A stretch of DNA of 64,000 nucleotides from Candidatus Altimarinota bacterium (GTDB lineage Bacteria; Patescibacteriota; Gracilibacteria; JBDHUY01). The notes under the pieces are model-generated. The model had not been told where the DNA came from. It did not search any database and saw only the letters and a list, made by a program, of their open reading frames with translations. The translations under genes were made by a program, and so were the position numbers. Positions 1 to 9,435 of the stretch are shown here, piece after piece. The stretch spans positions 71,298 through 135,297 of the forward strand of contig JBDHUY010000004.1 of assembly GCA_039809385.1 (NCBI GenBank), in the 5' to 3' direction. Position 1 is the stretch's first letter, and each line of letters begins with the position of its first letter.

Positions 1-431
1 AAACCGGCTTTTTGAGCAGTACTGTCGCGGTCGGCTCGTGCAATTTTGGCATTTTTGAAGGTATCTTCGGCAATCTCGGTAATCTTTTGGGTGCCTATCC
101 CGAAAAAACGGATATAGACCGATGTACAGTTGGGACAGATCGGAGGAACTTTTTCTCTTGACCCGCAATAATGGCACAGCATGAACAGGTCTTTGGGACC
201 GCCGCCTTTGTGATACGCCATCGAGATATCGCATGAACGGCACTTCATGGTAAAGCCGCACTCGCGGCAGGTCAGCGACGACGAAAATCCGCGTTTGTTC
301 AAAAAGAGAATGATCTGCTTTTTTTTGGCCAGGTTTTCTTCAATTTTTCGTTGTAAAAGCCGCGAGAAGATAGAGCGATTGCCGGCTGCAAATTCCTTTC
401 TGAGATCGACAATGTGGGTGGTAGTGGGCAT
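1..431 (-). CDS. priA: Primosomal protein N' (PriA), C-terminal half only; runs off the window edge
   Basis: Manual translation from ATG at 431: MPTTHIVDLRKEF...QIILFLNKRGFSSLTCRECGFTMKCRSC...LCHYCG...CPNC...GIGTQK...IARADRD, matching PriA helicase lobe 2 plus the 8-Cys zinc region. Confidence 0.85.
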   Translation of the reverse strand, partial: MPTTTHIVDLRKEFAAGNRSIFSRLLQRKIEENLAKKKQIILFLNKRGFSSSLTCRECGFTMKCRSCDISMAYHKGGGPKDLFMLCHYCGSREKVPPICPNCTSVYIRFFGIGTQKITEIAEDTFKNAKIARADRDSTAQKAG

Positions 432-648
432 AAATTTAGCAAATTCATTGTTATTCTCATAGTAAGGTGCGGGAGTTAAAAATGGAAGTGAAAGACAAAG
501 ATTTGTTATGTATGAATGATATCCGCCCGTCCCGGTACGGACGGGAATTATAAATGATACAAAGAGGACGGGAGTTTGTTTTTTGAGCAAAATTGACTTA
601 CAATGGAGTCGGTTTTCAGCATCGATACTTTCATTGTTTTGACATCCA

Positions 649-1794
649 ATGCTGCTGGCAAAAATCGTCGTTTCATCTTTTCTGCTCTTGCTTCTAGCCT
701 CGTGCACTCCGCTATCTGATCCTTCCGGTACTATTTCGCATATCTCCCATACCCCTGAACAAACCGCCCCTGTAAAACTCAAAATCGCCGACCTGCTCAC
801 CGGGCTCGATACTCCCTGGCAAATGGTCTTTGCTCCGGCCGGCCGGCTCTTTTTTACCGAACGACCCGGACAGGTTCGTACCTACCGGGATGGGCAGCTC
901 ACTACCTGGCTCAAGATCGACGGTGTGCTGGAACGGGGCGAAGCCGGTTTACTCGGCATTACTCTGGATCCGGCGTTTGAGCAGAACGGGTATGTCTATA
1001 TGGCCTATTCTTATGCGGGTAAAGGAGGTGCCGTTTTAAACCGTCTGGCTCGTTATAAAGAAGATCCGGCTACTCAAACGGGTATTTTCGACCGAGTTCT
1101 GATCGATGCAGTACCCGGTAACGATAACCATGACGGCGGTTTTGTCGCTTTCGGGCCGGATGGAAAGCTCTACTGGGCCGTCGGAGATCGTTTCCAGGAC
1201 GAAACGGCCCAAGATACATCTTCGTTGAACGGTAAAATCTTGCGGCTCAATGCCGACGGTTCTATTCCTGCCGATAACCCTTTTGCCGGCTCATACGTCT
1301 ATAGCTTCGGCCATCGTAACGTCCAGGGAATCGTCTGGGATCGGCTTTCCGGCTTTATGTATGCTACCGAACACGGTCCGTCGGGCGGACAGGGGTGCTG
1401 TAATGACGAAGTAAACCGTATCGAGAAAGGTAAAAATTACGGCTGGCCGACCATCCGCGGGTTGGAAGAGAAAGAAGGACTTTTGTCTCCTCTGGCGACC
1501 AGCGGAGATACGGTAACGTGGGCTCCGGCGGGAATTGTCTACTTGACCGAAGGTCCCTGGAAAAACTCGCTTCTGTTTACTGGACTACGTGGTGCAGGGT
1601 TGTATCGTGCGATGCTGGACGATACCAAAACCAAGGTGATCGGGGTTGAAAAATATCTTGATCAAAAATACGGCCGTCTGCGGGCCATTGCGCTTTCTCC
1701 AGAGGGAATATTGTATATAGGAACCAGCAACCGCGATGGCCGGGGGAATCCCAAAGAGGGTGATGACAGGATTCTGGTCGTGACGATGGAGTAA
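649..1794 (+). CDS. PQQ-dependent sugar dehydrogenase (glucose/sorbosone family), lipoprotein
   Basis: Lipobox LASC; motifs GLLGITLDP, HDGG, GKILRLN.DG, GHRNVQG, EHGP, NYGWP. Confidence 0.9.
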   Translation: MLLAKIVVSSFLLLLLASCTPLSDPSGTISHISHTPEQTAPVKLKIADLLTGLDTPWQMVFAPAGRLFFTERPGQVRTYRDGQLTTWLKIDGVLERGEAGLLGITLDPAFEQNGYVYMAYSYAGKGGAVLNRLARYKEDPATQTGIFDRVLIDAVPGNDNHDGGFVAFGPDGKLYWAVGDRFQDETAQDTSSLNGKILRLNADGSIPADNPFAGSYVYSFGHRNVQGIVWDRLSGFMYATEHGPSGGQGCCNDEVNRIEKGKNYGWPTIRGLEEKEGLLSPLATSGDTVTWAPAGIVYLTEGPWKNSLLFTGLRGAGLYRAMLDDTKTKVIGVEKYLDQKYGRLRAIALSPEGILYIGTSNRDGRGNPKEGDDRILVVTME

Positions 1795-2154
1795 GAGTTC
1801 AAAGCTCAAATCTCAAAAGTCAAAAGCTTGTACTCTCGCGAAGCGAAAGCATCAAAGTTCAAATCAATACTCCTTAGTGCTCTTCCTCTCTCTCATACTC
1901 CTTCGCTTTCTATTTATTTCACCGCGGCGAATTATACTACGAAGCATTCAATAGTAACTACTCTATCTATAGAAAGCTCTTCTCAAAGCTTCGGAGTAGT
2001 ATGTGGTGGTATCGTTTTGATGGCGAAGTACTATCAGATTGACAAATCCTCACTCGTCATTCACTAATCCTCATCAATGCTTCTCCTTTTTTGATAGTTT
2101 TCCCGTAATACCGTATACTGAAGAGGCTCGTTTTTTATTTCCTTAGCAATTCGT

Positions 2155-2802
2155 ATGAAATTCGGCATTATCGGATCGGGTGACGTTGCACAGGCTATCG
2201 GTCACGGACTAATTCAGACGGGTCATGAAGTTCTGCTGGGGTCTCGCCAGACGGGAAGTGAGAAACTGAAAGATTGGCAGGTCAAAAATGGCGAGCGGGC
2301 TCGGACCGGATCCTTTAAAGAAGCGGCCGATTTCGGAGAGGTCGTCTTTTTGGCTACCTTGTGGTCCGGAACAGAGAATGCGCTTTCCATGAGCGAAATA
2401 CATAGTTTTTCCGGAAAAATTCTGGTCGATGTGACGAATCCGCTCGACTTTTCGGCTGGCATTCCTCCAAAACTCTCTCTTGGCTTCTCAGACTCTGCCG
2501 GTGAAACGGTTCAGCGCCTTCTTCCCGATATCCGTGTAGTCAAAGCTCTTAATATAGTCGGTAACGGTCATATGTACAAACCGTCGTTTCCCGAAGGAGT
2601 TCCGACAATGTTTATTTGTGGCAATGACGATGAAGCCAAACAGACGGTGCGCGAAATTCTTACCGCTTTCGGTTGGGACGATATCGTAGATATGGGTAGA
2701 ATCGAAAAAGCTCGTTTGCTCGAACCGCTGGCTATGCTCTGGATTGAGTATGGTTTCCTGACCAATACCTGGGGGCATGCTTTCAAGCTTTTGCGTAAAT
2801 AA
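2155..2802 (+). CDS. NADPH-dependent F420 reductase-like dinucleotide-binding oxidoreductase
   Basis: GIIGSG Rossmann motif; VDVTNP, VVKALN and LEPLAMLW motifs. Confidence 0.85.
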   Translation: MKFGIIGSGDVAQAIGHGLIQTGHEVLLGSRQTGSEKLKDWQVKNGERARTGSFKEAADFGEVVFLATLWSGTENALSMSEIHSFSGKILVDVTNPLDFSAGIPPKLSLGFSDSAGETVQRLLPDIRVVKALNIVGNGHMYKPSFPEGVPTMFICGNDDEAKQTVREILTAFGWDDIVDMGRIEKARLLEPLAMLWIEYGFLTNTWGHAFKLLRK

Positions 2803-2950
2803 TTATATCCGCGGAATGTTTTTGTTTCGGTTTGATGCACATATACATTCTTTAGGAATAAAGCTTGCATAAGATATTAAAACATAATACCTTTTTAAAT
2901 CAGAAGTGTAAATATTGTCGGTGAAAGAATTTAAAAAAACTACTCTTGTC

Positions 2951-3607
2951 ATGCTTCCAAATCGTGTCGAAGCCGGTCGCCTGCTTGCAAAAAAACTCCT
3001 CTCTCTGCCTCAACCCGCCGGATCGTGCGTCATTAGCCTGCCCCGCGGCGGGGTAGTGGTGGGCGATCAGATTGCCCGTGAGCTGGGACTACCAATGGAT
3101 ATTCTCGTGGTGCGTAAAATAGGTATGGCAGGCCATTCAGAATATGCCATCGGTGCCATTTCGGAGCATGGCGAAACATTTTTGGATAATGAAACTATCA
3201 AAGAATACCGTGTATCCTGGGACTATATCGAGCGCGAAATCCATCATCAGAAAGAACATCTGGAGGAGTATAAACAGTCGTTCTCGCTGGACCGTAAAAG
3301 ACTCGATCTTGCCGCCCAGAATGTCATTATCGCGGACGACGGTCTGGCTACCGGCCATACGATGCGTGTGGCCATTCAGGATATCAGGAAACAAAGGGCT
3401 AAATCGATTACGGTTGCCATCCCGGTCGGTCCCAAGGAAACGGTACTGGCGTTAAAGGCTCTGGTAGATCGGGTGGTCGTTTTGAATATGCCGCGTTTTT
3501 TTTTCGCGGTAGGGCATCATTATACCCATTTCCCCCAGGTGGAGACCGCCGAAGTTGTCGAGTTGCTTCGAAATGCCGACAAATCTTTACGTTCTGAACA
3601 CTCCTGA
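2951..3607 (+). CDS. Phosphoribosyltransferase family protein
   Basis: LPRGGV, VRKIG and PRPP-binding IIADDGLATG. Confidence 0.85.
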   Translation: MLPNRVEAGRLLAKKLLSLPQPAGSCVISLPRGGVVVGDQIARELGLPMDILVVRKIGMAGHSEYAIGAISEHGETFLDNETIKEYRVSWDYIEREIHHQKEHLEEYKQSFSLDRKRLDLAAQNVIIADDGLATGHTMRVAIQDIRKQRAKSITVAIPVGPKETVLALKALVDRVVVLNMPRFFFAVGHHYTHFPQVETAEVVELLRNADKSLRSEHS

Positions 3608-3640
3608 GTCGCGCTTTTAATAATTGTAACTATCCCTATA

Positions 3641-4453
3641 ATGCTTTGCTTTGCCGCTATCGTTCCGCATCCTCCGATCATTATCCCCGAAATCGGACAA
3701 AACGATCTATGCGGGGCCGAAAAAACAATAAATGCTCTTCTGCGTCTGAGCCTTCTGTTTTCGGCTGCCCGGATCGATACAGTGATTCTGCTATCCCCGC
3801 ATGCGGTCATCCTGCACGACCGGATCGCTTTGGGGCATGCTTCGAGGGGCGAGGGAAGTTTTGACTTTCTAGGTTTTCCCGGGGTGGCTCAGCAGTATTC
3901 TAATGATACCAGCCTCATTCTCGACATCCGTTCATATGCGGCCGCATCGAAAGTTGCCACTGAATTGTACCGTTCTCCCGAGCTGGAAGACGCGGTGAAG
4001 CTCGATCACGGCATATTGGTACCCCTGTATTATTTCCAAAAAGCTGTTCAAAGATCCTTTCAAATAGCCGTTTGCAGTATTTCCGATTTTACTGTCAACA
4101 AGCACTTTTCTTTCGGAAAAGCACTCCGCTCGGCAATCGATGCGTATCCGGATAAACGGATTGCCGTTGTTGCCTCGGCCGATCTCTCGCACCGTCTGAA
4201 CGATCAAACACCCTACGGCTTTCATGCTGACGGCAAAGTCTTTGACGAAATGCTGCGTCATTTACTACTCGAAAAAAATCTCGAAAAAATCGTCCAGATC
4301 GATCGGGATCTGGTGGAAAATGCGGCTGCCTGCGGCTACCTGCCGATCGTCACATTGCTGGGATGTCTCTCTTTTTCCGACTTTTCTCCCGAACTGCTCT
4401 CTTACGAAGCACCGTGGGGAATCGGTTATGCTGTGATGAATATGGGACTGTAA
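3641..4453 (+). CDS. Class III extradiol dioxygenase subunit B / MEMO1-like (AmmeMemoRadiSam B-type) protein
   Basis: PHPP, SPH, LDHG, SADLSHRL, ACG and YEAPWGIGY motifs. Confidence 0.8.
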   Translation: MLCFAAIVPHPPIIIPEIGQNDLCGAEKTINALLRLSLLFSAARIDTVILLSPHAVILHDRIALGHASRGEGSFDFLGFPGVAQQYSNDTSLILDIRSYAAASKVATELYRSPELEDAVKLDHGILVPLYYFQKAVQRSFQIAVCSISDFTVNKHFSFGKALRSAIDAYPDKRIAVVASADLSHRLNDQTPYGFHADGKVFDEMLRHLLLEKNLEKIVQIDRDLVENAAACGYLPIVTLLGCLSFSDFSPELLSYEAPWGIGYAVMNMGL

Positions 4454-4687
4454 GCCTCATACTCCTTTGCTTTCAAGCCGATACATTATCCGCCTGGGTG
4501 AACCACATGGCAAAAGAAACCAAATGCTCAAAAACCAAATATCAAATCAATCTCTAATGACAAAACTCAAATTATTGACAATCCAGTCAGGTGATATTTG
4601 GTTTTTTACATTCTTTTGAACTTTAGCATTTGAACTTTTTGCCCCACGCCACGGGTTTCTCGATCATGTAAATTTGGAACAGGACTA

Positions 4688-6289
4688 TCACTCTTCTACT
4701 TCTATTTTGATATTTTCTGGGATGGTCGGGAGTGTCGGTGTCCAGATCGGCCAAAGCGAAATGCGGGCTTCGTTGATTTCTTTGAGGTTGTCGATGTAGC
4801 GCTGGGCCTCGTCTTTGGTTTTTCCGATAATGTTATCGCGGATCTGTTTAACCAGCTCCAGTTTCGTATTTAAAAAATCGTAGGCCACAATCCCCTCGAG
4901 CGATGTGTTCACTTTGACGCGGGGAATCTCGGGAGCTGTTTCGAGGATTTCATTAATCTGGAGCGAATTGTCCTGGACTTTTATAATCTTTTCCGTCGGT
5001 GAAACATGCTTCAGAGTCAGATTGGTCAGCAGAATCCGTTCCAGATCGACTTCATTGTAATAAAAACCGTTGGCGCGCATCCGTCCGGTACTGTCGAATT
5101 CCTGCCGTCGCTCGTTCTCTTTGGCTTTGACTTCAGAGTTCAGCAAATTTTTTCCGATGAGTTTGTCGCTCCGTTCGAATAATTTGAGCGAAGATCCGTC
5201 GTTGGTCTGTTTTTTCGATATCTCTTTTTTCAGCTCGGCAATACTGCTGCTTTCCAGTTCCGCAGTAACTTTTTGGCGGCCGATATCCAGATCTTTTTTT
5301 GTGACGAAGTACTCGTAGTCGTCGGTTCCGCCTTTGAAGGCGTCCTGGCTTGTGGCGAAAATCAGCTGCTGGTTGGAGCGTGACAGTCCGGGGAAGAAAA
5401 AACGGCTGGGGCCAATATTCCCGCGCGCTCCGATATAGGCATCAGCGGCGTCTTTTTCGCGTGCGGTAACTTCCACTCCGATTTGGCCGGGACGCGCGGC
5501 CGACCCGCCGGGAATCGTGACAAAATTACGCGTGAGAAATACCAATCCGTCGGAAGTCTGCAAACGGCTGTTGGCGACGATCGGACGGGGTTCCGAAGTA
5601 GTGTTGAGCAATGTTACCGTCCCGGTGCTGCGCTGACCTTTAAAAATGCGTCCTGTGGGGGTTAATTTGATGGTGCGTTCATACTCGATATTGACCGGAT
5701 ACAAAGGGATTACTTTGTCTTCGGCGCTAGTGATTTTCCCTATCCGGCTGGCTTCGACCAGTTCTACGTTGAGGCTGCTTTTTTGCAATTTGAGACTGGG
5801 TTTCAGATACACTGTAGCCGAGGGTAGCGCTATATAGAGTACCAGAAAAAACAGTACCGTACTAAACAGGATAAACAGAAACAGTGGTCCGCGGCTTGGT
5901 TTGTTAAAAATGTACGGTTTGCGGTTGTCGTCGTTTTTCGATCCGAAAAATTTTCTCCAGCGTTCTCCCAGTCCCGACTTTTTTGCCGTCTCTGTGCCGT
6001 CGGTCGGGTCTTTTTTTTGTGCGGGATCAAAGCTCTTGTCTTCGATAACCGGGAAACCGGACTGCTCGATCCGGGCAATATTGCGTTTTTCGCGCGTGAT
6101 CATCGTAATCGTTTTTTTCATCTCTTCGCTTTTTCGTTTGAGGATCTTCAGATTCATCAAACTACTGAGCAAAATCGCCTGTTTGGGAACAAACAGGTGG
6201 ATCTCTTTGGCCCGGCTGCTTTTGAGTTTTTCGTAAATATCCGGTAATTCGTCGTCGACTTCTACGATGATGATATGTTTCTGATTCAT
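4688..6289 (-). CDS. Single-pass membrane protein with baseplate-J-like beta domain
   Basis: N-terminal cytoplasmic domain (NLKILKR), one TM helix, GTVTLLN...GARGNIGP...FKGG pattern; start moved to ATG 6289. Confidence 0.6.
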   Translation of the reverse strand: MNQKHIIIVEVDDELPDIYEKLKSSRAKEIHLFVPKQAILLSSLMNLKILKRKSEEMKKTITMITREKRNIARIEQSGFPVIEDKSFDPAQKKDPTDGTETAKKSGLGERWRKFFGSKNDDNRKPYIFNKPSRGPLFLFILFSTVLFFLVLYIALPSATVYLKPSLKLQKSSLNVELVEASRIGKITSAEDKVIPLYPVNIEYERTIKLTPTGRIFKGQRSTGTVTLLNTTSEPRPIVANSRLQTSDGLVFLTRNFVTIPGGSAARPGQIGVEVTAREKDAADAYIGARGNIGPSRFFFPGLSRSNQQLIFATSQDAFKGGTDDYEYFVTKKDLDIGRQKVTAELESSSIAELKKEISKKQTNDGSSLKLFERSDKLIGKNLLNSEVKAKENERRQEFDSTGRMRANGFYYNEVDLERILLTNLTLKHVSPTEKIIKVQDNSLQINEILETAPEIPRVKVNTSLEGIVAYDFLNTKLELVKQIRDNIIGKTKDEAQRYIDNLKEINEARISLWPIWTPTLPTIPENIKIEVEE

Positions 6290-6365
6290 AGGAAAAACGG
6301 TTTTTTTATACGTTGAAAATGTATATGAGAAAAGGCGGATGCGCAAGTATGCTCTCCATATACTC

Positions 6366-6776
6366 TTACGTATCGAAAAAATAGTGGTACCATTTTTCGG
6401 GATTCGACTTGTCTTTGTAGAGTTCGGCTTGCTCTTCACGCGGATTGGACGTACTTGGCGGGGGAGTAAACAGCTCCTTGTTCCGGTCGTCGTTGTGGAG
6501 CACGATGACCTGTTCTCCCGGGTTTATTTGATTCATTGTTTCTTTTTTTTCTTTTTCCAGGACCAGGCGCAATCCGGTCCGCAAATACTCGTACAGTTTT
6601 AGTTTGTTTTGCTGTTCCAGTCGTTTATTTTCGACTTCGAACTGTTTGATCTTCTGGTCGTACTGATAGTTAGAATAGATCGTGTTGGCAAGTGAGAAAA
6701 GTACGGCAAAAAATACGATAAAAAGCGTGACGATGGCAACCTGCGAACTGGTCGGAATTACCTGATTTTTTATCAT
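6366..6776 (-). CDS. Septum formation initiator (FtsB/DivIC-like)
   Basis: TM helix, coiled coil, then NPGEQVI and C-terminal NPEKWYHYFF. Confidence 0.7.
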   Translation of the reverse strand: MIKNQVIPTSSQVAIVTLFIVFFAVLFSLANTIYSNYQYDQKIKQFEVENKRLEQQNKLKLYEYLRTGLRLVLEKEKKETMNQINPGEQVIVLHNDDRNKELFTPPPSTSNPREEQAELYKDKSNPEKWYHYFFDT

Positions 6777-6785
6777 GGAGGCCTG

Positions 6786-7070
6786 TTATATGTTCAAAAT
6801 CCGTCCGAGTACTTGTCTTTTTTTGATAACTCCCAGTTCTGCCGATCCTTCTCCCCACGATAGCGTGCTTTCCACTCTGAATCCTGCCGGGAGTACCTCC
6901 CGTATACGTTTGACATAGATCCGCTGTCCAGAGTCCTGCCGGAATACGATGAAATCGCCGGCACGCTTCCTCGCGACCGAAGTGGCGAAGTATTTTTTCC
7001 CCGGAATAAGATGCGGCCAGCAGCTTTCACCGCTGACCTTCACGCGAAATAATAGATTGGGAAGTCGCAT
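6786..7070 (-). CDS. sodX: Nickel-SOD maturation protease (S24/S26 peptidase)
   Basis: V.GES..P.L.PG (catalytic Ser), YVKRI (Lys), GS...G, VLGR; directly downstream of sodN. Confidence 0.8.
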   Translation of the reverse strand: MRLPNLLFRVKVSGESCWPHLIPGKKYFATSVARKRAGDFIVFRQDSGQRIYVKRIREVLPAGFRVESTLSWGEGSAELGVIKKRQVLGRILNI

Positions 7071-7076
7071 GTTTTT

Positions 7077-7577
7077 TTAAAACAATTTGTCGGTAATCTG
7101 TTTGTACGCTTCAAACCGTTCGGGGGCTTTTTTGACCGTATAAAATATCTCGGCGATCCGGTCGACCAGTTCGCATAATTTTTCGGCCGCCTCCTGGTCG
7201 GCTTCCTGTTTATTCTTAGAACACAGTTTGAGACTTTTCCAGAAAAGGTCGTGAATTTCGGGATATTGTTCCAGGTGTTCGGGTTTGAAAAAGTCCGACC
7301 AGAGAATGGAGAGTTCCTGTTTGCAGAGACGTGCTTGTTCTTCTTTGATCCAGATCCGGCGCACCAGCATATTATGATAATGGGTCATGGCAGCTGGATC
7401 GCTACTGTCTGTGTCTTTGGGTGGCGCGATCTCTTTGAGTTGCATGACCATTCGCAGTACGGTTTTGGCGGCGACTTTAGCAGCCGTGGGATCGTAAATG
7501 CCGCATGGAACGTCGCAGTGGGCTTCGGCGGTTATTGTGGAAAACATATCGAAAAATGAAGAAGTAGGTAAAATCAT
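7077..7577 (-). CDS. sodN: Nickel-containing superoxide dismutase precursor
   Basis: Nickel-hook HCDVPCGIYDP after a short propeptide ending AEA; KEEQA, LWSDFFK and KQ motifs. Confidence 0.95.
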   Translation of the reverse strand: MILPTSSFFDMFSTITAEAHCDVPCGIYDPTAAKVAAKTVLRMVMQLKEIAPPKDTDSSDPAAMTHYHNMLVRRIWIKEEQARLCKQELSILWSDFFKPEHLEQYPEIHDLFWKSLKLCSKNKQEADQEAAEKLCELVDRIAEIFYTVKKAPERFEAYKQITDKLF

Positions 7578-7873
7578 CTTCTTTATTGTAGATTTTTCTG
7601 TACTAATGTCAAAAGCCGAGAATTGCACCCGGTGTTCTGGGTGCGGGGTTTTTCCGGCATCGATATTGATAGAGATATAGTACTGCGATTCGTTACAATA
7701 CTGTTTGTAGCCGTTTTAAATCAACTTGAAAAATCCGAATATGCGTGTGACAAGAACGTGGTCGGGAGCAATGCAATCGGGAAGGGAACCATCTGTTAGA
7801 TCGATGAGTTGTTTGTTACTGATACTTCTGTTACTATTCTGGTTGTTCTTTTTATCTTCCTATATGTATTACG

Positions 7874-8260
7874 ATGAAAAAAATTCCTAAAATCCTCGGT
7901 GGTATCGTCGTCGTCGTGGCGGTCATTGTCGGTATTGCGTTTACGCTGACCGCGGATCTGCCCAAATCGGCAGATGCCTTTTTTGCTTTGGTCAAGGACG
8001 GCAAGACGGAAGACGCTTACCAGTCGACCGCCAAAGCTTTTCAGGATGCTACGAGTATGGACCAGTTCACCACGTTTCTCGAACAGACCGGCTTGAACCA
8101 GTACGCGTCGGCTTCGTATAACAGTCGCTCGTTTGAGAACGATCAGGGGCGTCTGGAAGGGACCGTGACGCTGAGTGACGGTACGAGTAAACCGATTCAG
8201 GTCGATCTGACGAAAGAAAATGGAACGTGGAAAGTGTTAGGGGTCAATACGAAGTATTAA
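7874..8260 (+). CDS. Hypothetical membrane-anchored protein (NTF2-like fold possible)
   Basis: N-terminal TM helix; C-terminal KENGTWKV typical of small NTF2-like domains. Confidence 0.6.
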   Translation: MKKIPKILGGIVVVVAVIVGIAFTLTADLPKSADAFFALVKDGKTEDAYQSTAKAFQDATSMDQFTTFLEQTGLNQYASASYNSRSFENDQGRLEGTVTLSDGTSKPIQVDLTKENGTWKVLGVNTKY

Positions 8261-8374
8261 TGAGTTTTGGATCTGCTATTTTTCGGGACGAGGAAGTGGT
8301 GATGTTCGGTGTAACGGAAATTGATCTGACTGCCGTGTATAAAGCAAAATGTATCTCTTTTTTTAAAAACGCTC

Positions 8375-8743
8375 ATGAGGAGCCGCGTATTGTTGCGGGA
8401 AGATCTACTATGGGGGGTGCTGTTCTGGTTTGGATCTATTCTGTGGCTTGCGCTTTTTTTTGTGGTACCTGCTTTCCGAATCGGTTGGTATATTATGCCC
8501 GTGGGTGTGCTTGTGTCGCTCCTGGTTCTCGTGAAGAACATAAAAAGTACCGAGCTACCCTATTACCTGTGGCTCGGGATCATCTGGATGCGTATCGTGC
8601 TTGGGATGGATTATCTGCTGATCTTCCCATTGCCGCCCCCCTCCGGCGGCTATTATAAACTGGATGGTTATCTTTATTATGTACGTACACTCCTGCTGCC
8701 TTGGCTGGCGGGCTGGTGGAAAAAAACGGCATCATTTGGATAA
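8375..8743 (+). CDS. Hypothetical integral membrane protein
   Basis: About four hydrophobic segments; GGYYKLDGYLYY motif. Confidence 0.55.
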   Translation: MRSRVLLREDLLWGVLFWFGSILWLALFFVVPAFRIGWYIMPVGVLVSLLVLVKNIKSTELPYYLWLGIIWMRIVLGMDYLLIFPLPPPSGGYYKLDGYLYYVRTLLLPWLAGWWKKTASFG

Positions 8744-8779
8744 AGTGGTGTTTTTTTATTTGTATTATATTCTTTTTTT

Positions 8780-9253
8780 ATGCCTATTACCGAGATGACT
8801 TTTGCTGCGCGTACCTATCTGGTTTGGCGTAGCGAGATTGCGATCGGCGATCTTACGAATCGCTCCATGTGGGATGCGGCTTTTGCGGCAGTGTTGCAGT
8901 ATATCCGTGAGCATAATCTGATTGCTACCGGGCCGGGGGCTGCGCTCTATTTCCGATGGGACGATGCGTTGGGGCGTACCGAGATCGGTATTGGTTTGCC
9001 TGTCGAGGGGGAGGGGGTTGAAGCGATAGAAGATCCGGCATTGTCTCTGGCGATAGTGCCGGCCTCAAAAGCGGCACATGTTCTGTTGCGGGGGGATTAT
9101 GCGGGGTTGAAGGAGGTGCACGAGGCGCTGGGAGATTATGTCCGGAAGCATGCGCTGCGCAATTCTGTGGTGGTCGAGGAATATGCGGTTAATCCGTCGC
9201 AAAAGGCTGATCCGGCAGAATGGGAAACGAATGTGTATTATGTATACCAGTAG
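8780..9253 (+). CDS. GyrI-like small-molecule-binding domain protein
   Basis: GPGAALY, G.Y.GL...H.AL, EEY...P and ETNVYY motifs. Confidence 0.8.
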   Translation: MPITEMTFAARTYLVWRSEIAIGDLTNRSMWDAAFAAVLQYIREHNLIATGPGAALYFRWDDALGRTEIGIGLPVEGEGVEAIEDPALSLAIVPASKAAHVLLRGDYAGLKEVHEALGDYVRKHALRNSVVVEEYAVNPSQKADPAEWETNVYYVYQ

Positions 9254-9435
9254 ATTACGGCGGTTCTCGGAGGGGGATACAGTGCTTCTGCCGTATGTGT
9301 ATTGGACAAAGTTATTGTTAATCAAGTAAACAAAAAAAGATCATTCGCTATGTCGAATTATTCCGCCAACGGTAGTTCGTTGCTAAAATTGAAAAATATC
9401 GCTACAATGAAGGAAATATATAGTTACTCCGCAAA

